The translations under genes and the position numbers were made by a program. Positions 27,458 to 36,207 of a stretch of DNA of 38,116 nucleotides are shown here, in pieces. The notes under the pieces were generated by a model. It did not search any database. It was not told the DNA's origin and saw only the letters and a list, made by a program, of their open reading frames with translations. How positions within the stretch are numbered: the stretch's first letter is position 1; each line of letters begins with the position of its first letter. Source of the DNA: a virus (Duplodnaviria; Caudoviricetes); the IMG/VR virus record IMGVR_UViG_3300046823_000037, positions 1-38,116 of that record. One strand, 5' to 3'.

Positions 27458-28347
27458 TAAACTAACTCCTTAACTTCATTAATATCCCACGGACGCCAGA
27501 TCCGTTCATGGTATTTAAAACTTTTAATATTATTATACATAACTTTATTGTCTGGATTCATTTCACAAAGACTTGTGAACGGACACGGATTTGAATTAAA
27601 TGCTCCACCGCATTCACCTTGATTTTGGTTAAATATAGGATCTTGTCCTGTAGCTTCTGCTCTAATTAATACTGCATATATTTCTACGAATACTTTCATT
27701 ACTGTCTGTTTCCATCTTTCGATCTGATGGTCCGCGAAGGTTATGGGAACCCTTATAAAAGTATCTTTTGTAACTTCTTTATGAAGTCTAATGATATTTA
27801 TCACAGCTTTCTTACTTTTTGTAACCATAGCATAAGTTAAGAACTGTGGAGTATATGGATAAATCTGCATGGCGTGGCCCTGAGTCTTATGATCTACAAA
27901 ACTTAAATCTTCACGATAAGAAGTAAGTAAGTCTATTTTACCCTCAAGAATAAACTTTCTATGATTATCCTCATAGAAAACGCTAGAGAAACCTAGTTCT
28001 ATACTAGGTATCCCGTCTATCCTTAGAGGCTGGAAATCAGACTGAGAGTAAAATATAATATAGTCTCTAAATCTGCTTACCAAAAATAGTCTAGTAGGTT
28101 CGTCTACTAACTTTGCTTCTTCTGAAGCTAGAAACTTAGTTAAAGCCTCTTGTGCAGAATCATATACGTTAGAAGTAAATCTTTCAATGTAATATAGTTC
28201 TAAAAGTTTATGGAATACTGTTCCATTATCTAATGGACCTGTAGCTGCGCCAGATAATCTTAGGTGCTGGCGTCCTGAAAGATTCCATTTTTCATTACAT
28301 TTTAAGTAAGTAGATAATTGAGAAGAATCAAGTGCAATAGTTATCAT
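27457..28347 (-). CDS. PD-(D/E)XK (RecB/Cas4-like) exonuclease
   Basis: SSQLSTYLKC, GTVFH, GKIDLL, VDHKT, QFLTY and C-terminal C...CPF..LC. Confidence 0.85.
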   Translation of the reverse strand: MITIALDSSQLSTYLKCNEKWNLSGRQHLRLSGAATGPLDNGTVFHKLLELYYIERFTSNVYDSAQEALTKFLASEEAKLVDEPTRLFLVSRFRDYIIFYSQSDFQPLRIDGIPSIELGFSSVFYEDNHRKFILEGKIDLLTSYREDLSFVDHKTQGHAMQIYPYTPQFLTYAMVTKSKKAVINIIRLHKEVTKDTFIRVPITFADHQIERWKQTVMKVFVEIYAVLIRAEATGQDPIFNQNQGECGGAFNSNPCPFTSLCEMNPDNKVMYNNIKSFKYHERIWRPWDINEVKELV

Positions 28348-28355
28348 AAGTTTAA

Positions 28356-28895
28356 TTAGTTATATTTTCCTGAGTTCATTCTTTTCTGAGCTATTTCTGT
28401 ACACCGCCGGCACGAGTTTACTATACCTTTACATATGTTCCACTCTGCTATATACTGTTCTTTAGTTGGAGTTGTATACTTATTTAAAAGTACTCCTACT
28501 GTCATATTTAGATCATCTAGAAACTTTTCCTTTATTTCTAAAGGCTCAGTTTCAAACATACCTTGTTTACATACTATACATCTGAATTTAGTAATATCAG
28601 TTAAAGTAAAAACTACCTCTACTTTATGTTCTTTTTCTTCCCTACGAAGCATAAAGTTAGCTTCTTGCTCTTTATAGTCTTTTAACTGTTCATCTGTAGC
28701 TATGTATCCAGTCCACTTTAAACCTAATTTAAAGATATGGTATATCTTTCTACACTTACAGCAATAGATGTGATAGTTTTCTATATCACGTTCTTTCCAT
28801 AAATCTATTAAATACTGTGCTGTTATCCCATCTATAGATTCTGGGCAGCACTCATAAATATAAGGTCTATCGTTAGTATCGTCTTGGCAGCTCAT
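28356..28895 (-). CDS. Cys-rich hypothetical protein
   Basis: 179 aa with several CxxC pairs. Confidence 0.7.
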   Translation of the reverse strand: MSCQDDTNDRPYIYECCPESIDGITAQYLIDLWKERDIENYHIYCCKCRKIYHIFKLGLKWTGYIATDEQLKDYKEQEANFMLRREEKEHKVEVVFTLTDITKFRCIVCKQGMFETEPLEIKEKFLDDLNMTVGVLLNKYTTPTKEQYIAEWNICKGIVNSCRRCTEIAQKRMNSGKYN

Positions 28896-29098
28896 ACTAT
28901 TACCTTTTTATTTTTCTCAATGTATTCAATAGCAAAATTTAGAGCCTGTTTATAACCTAAAATGTAAGGGGATTCTGATTGAGGGCACATACTTAAATGC
29001 GCTATAAAGTCATTACTTATAGTTTCTAGAGTATTTCTCTGCAATTCCTTTAGAATCTCATCTAGAGATTTAATAATTGGGGCGTCATCATCTTCCAT
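28892..29098 (-). CDS. Hypothetical protein
   Basis: 68 aa, tiled in the operon. Confidence 0.6.
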   Translation of the reverse strand: MEDDDAPIIKSLDEILKELQRNTLETISNDFIAHLSMCPQSESPYILGYKQALNFAIEYIEKNKKVIV

Positions 29099-29100
29099 AA

Positions 29101-30195
29101 TTAACCTACTTTCTCCTGATCTAAATAAGAAGTAAGGATGTTATACTGCAAGAAACATTTATCTACCGCATTCTTTCGTTCTTCGTTAAACTTAGTATCA
29201 AGTGCAAGACTTTTAAGTTTCTCTAACCTAACTAGATTCTTTTCACCTGTCTTATTCAGGTCTAAAGTACCAGTCTTAAAGTCATTAAGAATGATAGCGT
29301 CCATAAGTTGAAATAAAAGAATAACATTCGTAGCTGTCGGGGCCGCCTCGAATGCTTTCCTGCGCGTTTCCAGTAACTTTCTAGCGTCTTTAATATCAAA
29401 TTTTTTCATAAGTTTAATTCCGTAAGCATGAAATATTTCTTCAGTTAGATAATCTTGGTCGCAAGTATAAGGGTCAATTAACATCACTATATCAGTTTTG
29501 GGATATATAAACTGATTAACAGGGAACTCAAAAAGATAAAATGGCGGCTTCCCAGGATCTCGTTCACTTAGAACCCAGAACGAATCTTTTCTTAAACTAT
29601 TTCCAGCTAATCCGTAGGCACCTTTTAACGGTTTAACTACGAATGAATTAGAACTAAGATTTCTTAAATCTACTTCCATTCCTAGTTGAACTAAAGTTGT
29701 TTTAGGCATTGGTTCTTCAAGTTTCTTCTTATGTTTAACCTGAGCTATTCTATAGTCTAACCTATCTAAAAATATTAACCCAATATCGAGGTTGCTACTA
29801 TTTGCATAAAAAATATCCTCATTTAAAACAAGTAAAACATCTTCAATTATGTCTTCATAGGAATCTAGCTTTTTATATCTTACTTTAGGTTCTTCATCTT
29901 TTTGCTCACTAAATGGATTAAAAGGTTTACCATTTACAGTACTAGAAAATGGTATAGCGGAACTATAATATTGATTAGCATTTGTTTGGTATGATACTGT
30001 ACCATAATTAGTATTTATTCGACCATAACCCCCTGCTGGAATACTATTTTGGGCTATTCTGGCTACTTTAGCTTTTTCTTCTATTTCTAGTTTCCTACAA
30101 GTACATGTAAAGTTACCACCAAAAAATCTTCGTGCTAAGGGTACTTGAGTATTACAAGTAGTGTAATGGTTATTTGTTCCTGTCTTCTTTAACAT
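29101..30195 (-). CDS. Hypothetical protein downstream of the vWA gene
   Basis: 364-aa open frame. No family recognised with confidence. Confidence 0.75.
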   Translation of the reverse strand: MLKKTGTNNHYTTCNTQVPLARRFFGGNFTCTCRKLEIEEKAKVARIAQNSIPAGGYGRINTNYGTVSYQTNANQYYSSAIPFSSTVNGKPFNPFSEQKDEEPKVRYKKLDSYEDIIEDVLLVLNEDIFYANSSNLDIGLIFLDRLDYRIAQVKHKKKLEEPMPKTTLVQLGMEVDLRNLSSNSFVVKPLKGAYGLAGNSLRKDSFWVLSERDPGKPPFYLFEFPVNQFIYPKTDIVMLIDPYTCDQDYLTEEIFHAYGIKLMKKFDIKDARKLLETRRKAFEAAPTATNVILLFQLMDAIILNDFKTGTLDLNKTGEKNLVRLEKLKSLALDTKFNEERKNAVDKCFLQYNILTSYLDQEKVG

Positions 30196-30199
30196 TTAC

Positions 30200-30781
30200 T
30201 TAAGCATTTAAAAGTAGAGTAATTTTAGATTCCAGTTCTTTAGTTGCTCCCGCCTTAATTAAATTAATGTTAGTGAAAGACCCGCCGGTTTTACCTGCTA
30301 GTTCTTCTAAGAATTTTGGTCTAGGTTGCGGCCCAATGTAAATAATATCTATTTTTAATCCTTTACTTGCCTGTAACGCACTTGGAGCGTGATCTGGTAA
30401 ACCATCTGTGATTAATACTATTTCTGTTTTTCCTAGTTCTTTCATTCGATTAAATGCTGTAGTCATATCTGTTCCAGAACCTTCAAAAGGTAGCGGGCCT
30501 TTAAACTCTTTTACAGTATAACTGAAAGCAAATTTGGTTATACCATCTGGAATCTTAGTTAAAAGATTCTCAAGTATTTGTCTTTTAGAGACAGCTTCAT
30601 TACGCGACTTTCCTTCCTCATGAACCATATCTTCCATAGATCCAGAAACATCTATAAGTAAGTTATGCTTCGCGGCTTCGTTAAAATCCTTAATACGATT
30701 AAGCAAACTTGAAGTAATTCTGTTTCCTGCACTTTGATTTACTTTAGTTTGATCGTGATATAGTTTATCGTTAGAATCCAC
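30200..30781 (-). CDS. von Willebrand factor A (vWA) domain protein
   Basis: MIDAS motif DVSGS, GTDM, LITDG. GTG start with AGGAG SD. Confidence 0.85.
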   Translation of the reverse strand: MDSNDKLYHDQTKVNQSAGNRITSSLLNRIKDFNEAAKHNLLIDVSGSMEDMVHEEGKSRNEAVSKRQILENLLTKIPDGITKFAFSYTVKEFKGPLPFEGSGTDMTTAFNRMKELGKTEIVLITDGLPDHAPSALQASKGLKIDIIYIGPQPRPKFLEELAGKTGGSFTNINLIKAGATKELESKITLLLNA

Positions 30782-30782
30782 T

Positions 30783-31031
30783 TTATTCTCCTTTAGGTTT
30801 AAGTATTTGAGTTATCCGTCTTAATATTGAGTATCTATGCTTCCAATTATCTATAAGTTGCATTTTCTGTCTACCTTCTCCATACATAAATTCTGTAGCT
30901 GGATTTGTATTTGTATATTTTCCATTGTAGAACCAGTGTGAGATATATTCTATTAAAGTCTTATCTGCTGGTCTAGCATACTGAGTCTTCTGTTTAGAGT
31001 AAATTTCGTTAGTTAGATTTATTTTTATCAT
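30783..31031 (-). CDS. Hypothetical protein
   Basis: 82 aa, AGGAG SD. Confidence 0.6.
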   Translation of the reverse strand: MIKINLTNEIYSKQKTQYARPADKTLIEYISHWFYNGKYTNTNPATEFMYGEGRQKMQLIDNWKHRYSILRRITQILKPKGE

Positions 31032-31278
31032 CTTCTTCTCCTAGTTCATCATACCAGAAACCATTTATATTTAATCCCCTTATTCCACTTTCTTCCGCTT
31101 CCTCCTCTGTGATAATAGGAGGTTGAAAGCTAATAAATGGTATACTATAGAGTTCTTCCCAATATTTCCAAAATCCCCTACTAGGTTTCTTAGGTTCTAA
31201 TATAGCTATACTTTGTTCTTTAGCTATAGCCTTAACTACTCTCCAATGTTTCTTACGCTCGCGGGCTAACTTACTCAT
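31009..31278 (-). CDS. Hypothetical protein
   Basis: 89 aa, tiled in the operon. Confidence 0.6.
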   Translation of the reverse strand: MSKLARERKKHWRVVKAIAKEQSIAILEPKKPSRGFWKYWEELYSIPFISFQPPIITEEEAEESGIRGLNINGFWYDELGEEDDKNKSN

Positions 31279-31414
31279 ATCTTAAAGAATCAACATACAT
31301 CATAAGGTTAAAATTAATATCTTCTAATTCTGTAATCTTATCTTTTAATGCTTTAATCCTATCCTCATAATATCTAAGCATTTCATCTTGATTTCTATTA
31401 TCTATTTCAGTCAT
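31271..31414 (-). CDS. Small coiled-coil protein (47 aa, not in the ORF track)
   Basis: MTEIDNRNQDEMLRYYEDRIKALKDKITELEDINFNLMMYVDSLRYE*. Fills the gap between its neighbours. Confidence 0.6.
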   Translation of the reverse strand: MTEIDNRNQDEMLRYYEDRIKALKDKITELEDINFNLMMYVDSLRYE

Positions 31415-31417
31415 AGT

Positions 31418-31681
31418 TTATCCCGCGTGGAATGAAGCACAGATTACACTTCTAGTTAATTCTGGTTTAGCTAAACCTATTTCTTTAACTTTTAAAGAAT
31501 TAATATCTTCTTTATTTATCCAAGATCCGTTGTTCCAGTAGTCATAATCTTCTCCCCATACCTTTTTATCTTCTCTTGGGTGAATATTTCTTGCTTCTTC
31601 ATCATTTTCTGCTACACAAACAAAATCAGAAAATTCATCATAATCTATCTCATCTGTTCTTTCAACGTGATATAATCTCAT
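31418..31681 (-). CDS. Conserved phage hypothetical protein
   Basis: YDEFSDFVCVAENDEEAR..HP...IG.A...VICASFHAG pattern. Confidence 0.75.
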   Translation of the reverse strand: MRLYHVERTDEIDYDEFSDFVCVAENDEEARNIHPREDKKVWGEDYDYWNNGSWINKEDINSLKVKEIGLAKPELTRSVICASFHAG

Positions 31682-31689
31682 AGTTCCCC

Positions 31690-33393
31690 TTAAATTTTAT
31701 TTGATGCTACAAATTCAGCAAATTCCTTTAATGTTTGTAGACTGTTTAAACCATCATCAAAACTACCTATTCCTACACTTGCAAGAATATTACGTTTATT
31801 AAATACTTTATCGTGGAAAAATTCATCTATTGTACCTTTTGCTAATGGATAAGTTGCTGTTACGGCTCTTAATTGTCCATTTCTATGTAATCTTCCTTCA
31901 AATTGTTCTTCTAATGCACTATTCCATTGTCTTTCAAGAATTAAAGCATTGGCGCATGATTGTAAACCATCTAATCCTACGCCACCGGCGAGTCCATTCA
32001 TAATCAATGGAACATTACGTTTATTATTAAACTCAGCTACTATCCTACGTTTTGCATAAGCGTCGTCTCGTCCTGATAAACTTAAAGGGTCTAGATTATT
32101 AGCTTTAAATACATTTACAAGTAAATCTAGAACATCGTGATGTTGAATTGATATTACTATCGAATCTTCACTAGCCTCAAGAAATTCTTTAACCCACTTT
32201 ACAGCATAGGGTGTTTTAGCCATTCCAGTTATTGCTCTTAATCTAGCTAACCATCCTAAAAGTTGCTGACTTTGGATTCTAGGATCATTATGATTACAGA
32301 AACTTTCATATAATCCTAATTGGTGATTATAAGAATCTTTAATTCCCTCGTCGTCTATTTCAATAAGTTGAAAGTCTCGTGAAAGTGGCGGAAGATTTTT
32401 TAGAACGTCGTGTTTCTCGCGCCTAATTATTGTATTTTTTGTAATCTTTTTAAACTCATCTTCACGATAAGGATTTAATCTGTCGCCGTAGCTAAACTTA
32501 TCTATTGCTGCTTGATTCGGCCAATGTAAAGGATCTACTAAGTTTAGTGGAACGAAAGCCTCATTAAATCTATTCTTAATCCACGTCCCGCCGATTGGCA
32601 GTTTAAACTTAATGTCATTATCTTTAATAAGTTTATAGAGTGCCTTTGTTCTTAGGGATTCAGTATCTTTAAAATCATGAATCTCATCTATTACGACACA
32701 TTTAATCTTTAGTTTTGCTACTAAATCTAAAACACCTTTACGGCCTAGCAAGTCACGGGACATTACATAAATATCAAATCCCGGCATTAAATGCTCTCGT
32801 TTCATTACTGGCATTACAGTATTAATTTTCATTCCAGTCCATGTTCTAATTTCATCTACCCACTGGAAAACTATACTGTTTGGAACCAGAATCAATACTG
32901 ATTTAAATGCTGCGAGATTTCTTTTAATTAATATTGCTGTCTCGATTGTTTTTCCTACTCCAACGTCGTCGGCATTTAAAAAACATCCGTGTGCGGCTTC
33001 TCCAAACTCTACACATTCAAACTGATGTTCATAAGCCCGCTTCGCGGAACCATTAATTGCATTGAAACTTTCATGCTGCCATCTTTTGAGTCTTTCCTCA
33101 TCCGCAATCATTTCAGGGGTTTTCTTGAAGCTGCCACCCTCGTTAACCCATTTTTCTAAATCATTATATAGTTCTTCATGTGTTGGTTCCGGTACTTTTA
33201 TAGTTATGGGTGAGTCTGTTGAACTGAAAACATTAAACTTTACTTCCGTTACTTTAGGTTTAATCTTAGTTTCAATATGCCCACAACCCCAAACATAAGT
33301 AATAAATGCACCTGAAGGTATTTCAGATTGAATATGCTTTATTGGCTTATTACAGGTTTTGCAGGTTTCAGTTAACGCGGTCATTACTTCCAT
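31690..33393 (-). CDS. SNF2-family (SF2) helicase/ATPase
   Basis: ADDVGVGKT, VIDEIH, GTWIKN, RREK.DVL..LP, GGVGLDGLQ, QFEGRLHRNGQ. Confidence 0.9.
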   Translation of the reverse strand: MEVMTALTETCKTCNKPIKHIQSEIPSGAFITYVWGCGHIETKIKPKVTEVKFNVFSSTDSPITIKVPEPTHEELYNDLEKWVNEGGSFKKTPEMIADEERLKRWQHESFNAINGSAKRAYEHQFECVEFGEAAHGCFLNADDVGVGKTIETAILIKRNLAAFKSVLILVPNSIVFQWVDEIRTWTGMKINTVMPVMKREHLMPGFDIYVMSRDLLGRKGVLDLVAKLKIKCVVIDEIHDFKDTESLRTKALYKLIKDNDIKFKLPIGGTWIKNRFNEAFVPLNLVDPLHWPNQAAIDKFSYGDRLNPYREDEFKKITKNTIIRREKHDVLKNLPPLSRDFQLIEIDDEGIKDSYNHQLGLYESFCNHNDPRIQSQQLLGWLARLRAITGMAKTPYAVKWVKEFLEASEDSIVISIQHHDVLDLLVNVFKANNLDPLSLSGRDDAYAKRRIVAEFNNKRNVPLIMNGLAGGVGLDGLQSCANALILERQWNSALEEQFEGRLHRNGQLRAVTATYPLAKGTIDEFFHDKVFNKRNILASVGIGSFDDGLNSLQTLKEFAEFVASNKI

Positions 33394-33590
33394 TTCCTTT
33401 CTAGTCTCATTAATTCAGTCTTAAAAGAGACTAATGTTTTTACTTCAACTACATCTTTACAGAAAAATGGAGCGGAATTAATATCCCTACATGGTCTCCA
33501 TTTATTATCGGAGTCTAACCATAGCATTTTGAAGCCTATCTTTATGGCATCTTTTTGTGCTCTTTTAATATCTTTTTTAGGTTGTGTCAT
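33384..33590 (-). CDS. Hypothetical protein
   Basis: 68 aa, tiled in the operon. Confidence 0.6.
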   Translation of the reverse strand: MTQPKKDIKRAQKDAIKIGFKMLWLDSDNKWRPCRDINSAPFFCKDVVEVKTLVSFKTELMRLERKWK

Positions 33591-33598
33591 AAAGATAT

Positions 33599-33691
33599 TT
33601 AAATTCCTTTAAATAGGAGTGGTAAATAAAGTAAAATCAAAAATACAAGTATTAGAAGCAGAAATTCAAAGAATGCTTTTTTGAGATTCAT
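33599..33691 (-). CDS. Small membrane peptide (30 aa, not in the ORF track)
   Basis: MNLKKAFFEFLLLILVFLILLYLPLLFKGI*. Starts 1 nt after the upstream stop. Confidence 0.6.
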   Translation of the reverse strand: MNLKKAFFEFLLLILVFLILLYLPLLFKGI

Positions 33692-33692
33692 A

Positions 33693-33971
33693 TTAGTTTA
33701 ATTTAGCTGATTCTTTCTTATCACATTCTTCATGGTCTGTAAAGAATCCAGTAGCTAAATTCTCATTTTCTGGGTCAGTTTTTAGAGTTATTACCATACA
33801 TCCTATTGTGTCTATTTTCTTGCCACAAATAGAACATATAATGTCTTCTCCTCTATTTAATTTCTCTTGTATTGTTGCTCTTACAACAAAATCTAATTCT
33901 GGGCTTTCATCTGATCTTTTCATATTAATATATTTCCTTTTGATGTTTAATTCTATTAATTCTTGAATCAT
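33693..33971 (-). CDS. Hypothetical protein (CxxC...HxxC); true start may be MKRSD
   Basis: CSIC...HEEC motif, in operon order. Confidence 0.6.
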   Translation of the reverse strand: MIQELIELNIKRKYINMKRSDESPELDFVVRATIQEKLNRGEDIICSICGKKIDTIGCMVITLKTDPENENLATGFFTDHEECDKKESAKLN

Positions 33972-34116
33972 TATTTCTTGTTTCTTCTTTCATTACTGAA
34001 GAAATCTCATTATCATCGTCCCTATTTATTTCCTTAGCTATTTTCTGACATTCTTCACATTTACTAAATCTTAACTTACAATTAAGGAAATGGTCTTCAT
34101 CTTTTTGTGATCTCAT
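33925..34116 (-). CDS. Hypothetical protein
   Basis: 63 aa, H...C...CEEC. Starts 2 nt after the mini-tRNA. Confidence 0.5.
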   Translation of the reverse strand: MRSQKDEDHFLNCKLRFSKCEECQKIAKEINRDDDNEISSVMKEETRNNDSRINRIKHQKEIY

Positions 34117-34118
34117 AA

Positions 34119-34170
34119 AGCTATATTGTGGATTCGAACCACATTTAACCTTCCAGTTAGGAATATAGCT
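34119..34170 (-). ncRNA. tRNA-like element lacking the anticodon arm (mini-tRNA 2)
   Basis: - strand: A-GCTATAT-T-CCT AACTGGA AGG-TTAAA-TGTGG TTCGAAT CCACA-ATATAGC-T. This gives an acceptor stem, a D-like arm with GG and a canonical T arm. Confidence 0.75.
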
Positions 34171-34300
34171 AGGTTTCTCTATGTTCCTTCTATTACGTGA
34201 CCTTGTAATAGATTCGGATTAGGCAATCCTTTAGTTTTATTCGAATCTTAAGGTTACCTTAGCTTAAGACTCTACATTATTTCACATTTTGCACCTACCT

Positions 34301-34975
34301 TTAAACTTCCTTCAATCCCATCGCTCTAACTAAATCTTTTGCTTTATCTTCTTTCATCCCTACTTTTACAAATCCTGCTACTGCTTTTCCAAATTCAGAA
34401 AGTTTTGCTGCTTTTTCTTTTACTTCTTGTTTCATGCTATCTACTTTTTTGATAGCAGTTTTTGTTTCTGCTTTTGCTCTGTCGGCGATAGCGTCTTTAA
34501 TTCTTATCTTAGAATTACGTTCATGAGCAAATTCGGCATATGCTTCAGAAAACTTTTGATGATATTCAAGCATATATAAGATTGTAACATCATCGCAGGA
34601 TTCCCAAGACTTTTTATGCTTTGCAATTAAGCCTTTGATCCCAGAAAAGTCTAACTCATTCTTTTTTATGAGTCTTTCAGCAGAATCGGGCATCAGCATT
34701 AATACTCTAAATTGAGTATTAATTGCTTTCAGCTTTGCGTTTTCGGTTTGTGCTATTTCCAGATCGTTTGCGTAACGATCTAAATTAGCCATTACTTTAC
34801 ACTCAAAGTTATCACAGACAAAATCTGTAGACGTTATCGAGCATTCTATTTCTGTGCCTTCGTTGTCACAAGGTAGAATACTTTTACCGGGACACGATTT
34901 AACTCTGCTTTGTCCCTTATCATCTACTTTTGACATAGGACAGTAGTTAACGTGATTGTGAGTTATTTTAGACAT
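34301..34975 (-). CDS. Hypothetical protein, Cys-rich N-terminus and coiled-coil C-terminus
   Basis: 224-aa open frame. Confidence 0.75.
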   Translation of the reverse strand: MSKITHNHVNYCPMSKVDDKGQSRVKSCPGKSILPCDNEGTEIECSITSTDFVCDNFECKVMANLDRYANDLEIAQTENAKLKAINTQFRVLMLMPDSAERLIKKNELDFSGIKGLIAKHKKSWESCDDVTILYMLEYHQKFSEAYAEFAHERNSKIRIKDAIADRAKAETKTAIKKVDSMKQEVKEKAAKLSEFGKAVAGFVKVGMKEDKAKDLVRAMGLKEV

Positions 34976-35228
34976 ATTTTTCTTCTTTAGAATAGAGAGA
35001 CTTTACATCATACCCTAAAGCATTTAATTCTTTGTCTATATCAAAGATAGTGTCTATAAAATCCCATCCTGTTAGATGGCTTTTGACTATCTGTTTTCTT
35101 TGGTATAAAAGAGATTCGATTTGATCTTCTAATTCTTTCATATTATGCCTTTCGGGTGGGGCCGTCGGGATTTTAAGCATGATTTTTGTACTTATCCATA
35201 AACCTGTCATGCTTAATCTGTTCGACAA
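34968..35228 (-). CDS. Hypothetical protein (true start probably MKELEDQ at 35141)
   Basis: In operon order, GAAAGG upstream of the internal Met. Confidence 0.55.
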   Translation of the reverse strand: MSNRLSMTGLWISTKIMLKIPTAPPERHNMKELEDQIESLLYQRKQIVKSHLTGWDFIDTIFDIDKELNALGYDVKSLYSKEEKYV

Positions 35229-35421
35229 TAGATCTCTTGTTTTCTTCGAGTCTGATTTCTTTGATCTTATTGTAAAGATCTTTCCTATATTGACTCAATT
35301 CAGCGTCGGACATTTTATCGAGTTCTTTTTCTGTGTTCATAATCTTTTTATCCTTTCTAGTACCGGCGCGGCTTACAGAATTTACGATATCAAAATCAAC
35401 TGTAAGGATCAGATTTTTCAA
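35173..35421 (-). CDS. Hypothetical protein (true start probably MNTEKE at 35340)
   Basis: Charged helical sequence, GAAAGGA upstream of the internal ATG. Confidence 0.55.
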   Translation of the reverse strand: MKNLILTVDFDIVNSVSRAGTRKDKKIMNTEKELDKMSDAELSQYRKDLYNKIKEIRLEENKRSIVEQIKHDRFMDKYKNHA

Positions 35422-35658
35422 ATCTTGATAAGATTTAATCTCACGCTACCAAAGTTTTATTTTGGATTTCCTATTCCTTCTGTATTGTCGAAGTTATCGG
35501 AACTTGTTAGTACCTAGAAAGTATTCTTTATTAAATTGTGACTTTCATTTAGTTTTAAATTACTTATCAATTCATTAATAAAGAATTAATAGCAGTTTAC
35601 TTACCACGGCTTTGCCGTGCGCTCTAAGCGATTGTGAGTATCCTGCTACCATCCTGAG

Positions 35659-35689
35659 AGTGTACCATGAGTGCTACGATACCTGTCAA
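35659..35689 (-). promoter_or_regulatory. Sigma-70-type promoter for the replication arm
   Basis: TTGACA (35689-35684), 19-nt spacer ending in TGG, TACACT (35664-35659). Extended -10 with a long spacer. Confidence 0.5.
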
Positions 35690-36048
35690 GCGTTTTAAAT
35701 GCCTACTGTATCAGTCACTTACAGGCTTTTACGCTCTAACCTATATGTATGATCTTGCAGCCTGCCTGTATCCTGTTCTGTAAGTGACTGATTCTACAGG
35801 CTTTACCATTTCATGCACTCAAAAAGTGAATATTATTGCGTCCGCGTAAGCGGCTGATTCTAAAGGACTTAAAGTCACTTGTTATCAGTATGTTAGTGTA
35901 AGTCGTTGATTCTAAAAAAAAAAAAAAAAAAAAAATACCCATACGTCTGCACACTATGTAAGTACCATACATACAGGTTTTTGTCTTTTTTTCGCTAAAC
36001 TGTTGATTCTAGGTAACTTGTCTCGTGAGTGATCTCACGTAGCACTCA
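35668..36048. repeat. Non-coding repeat cluster: IHF-consensus-like sites, inverted repeats and an A22 tract
   Basis: WATCAR-N4-TTR matches at 35709, 35781, 35847, 35883, 35899 and 35996. 15-bp IR 35710-35724/35778-35792. 11-bp IR 35668-35678/36038-36048. A22 at 35914-35935. Confidence 0.8.
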
Positions 36049-36130
36049 CACCGTGCCATCCAACTGCCATTGACGCGCTACTTTATTTCAGAAACTTGCT
36101 TCAACTGCGATAATTTAATTATGTTTGCAA

Positions 36131-36170
36131 AACAAAAAAACCCTACTGGCCGATTCAGTAGGGTTCTTGT
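36131..36170 (-). terminator. Intrinsic terminator (possibly bidirectional) ending the early unit
   Basis: CCCTACTG-7 nt-CAGTAGGG stem followed by TTTTTTTGTTTT on the - strand. Confidence 0.85.
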
Positions 36171-36207
36171 TTATGAATTGTATGAAATATTATCGGCCGA
36201 ACTTTGT

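Noticed and set aside
23905-35517. ORFs 23905-24096, 28435-28677, 33062-33298 and 35179-35517
   Set aside because: They overlap better-supported genes in another frame or strand.
35914-35935. A22 tract as evidence of retro-insertion
   Set aside because: No target-site duplication or reverse transcriptase is seen, and homopolymer length may be a sequencing artefact.
36041-36058. Second sigma-54-like sequence TGGCACGGTGTGAGTGCT on the - strand
   Set aside because: GG to GC spacing is 12 nt rather than the required 10.
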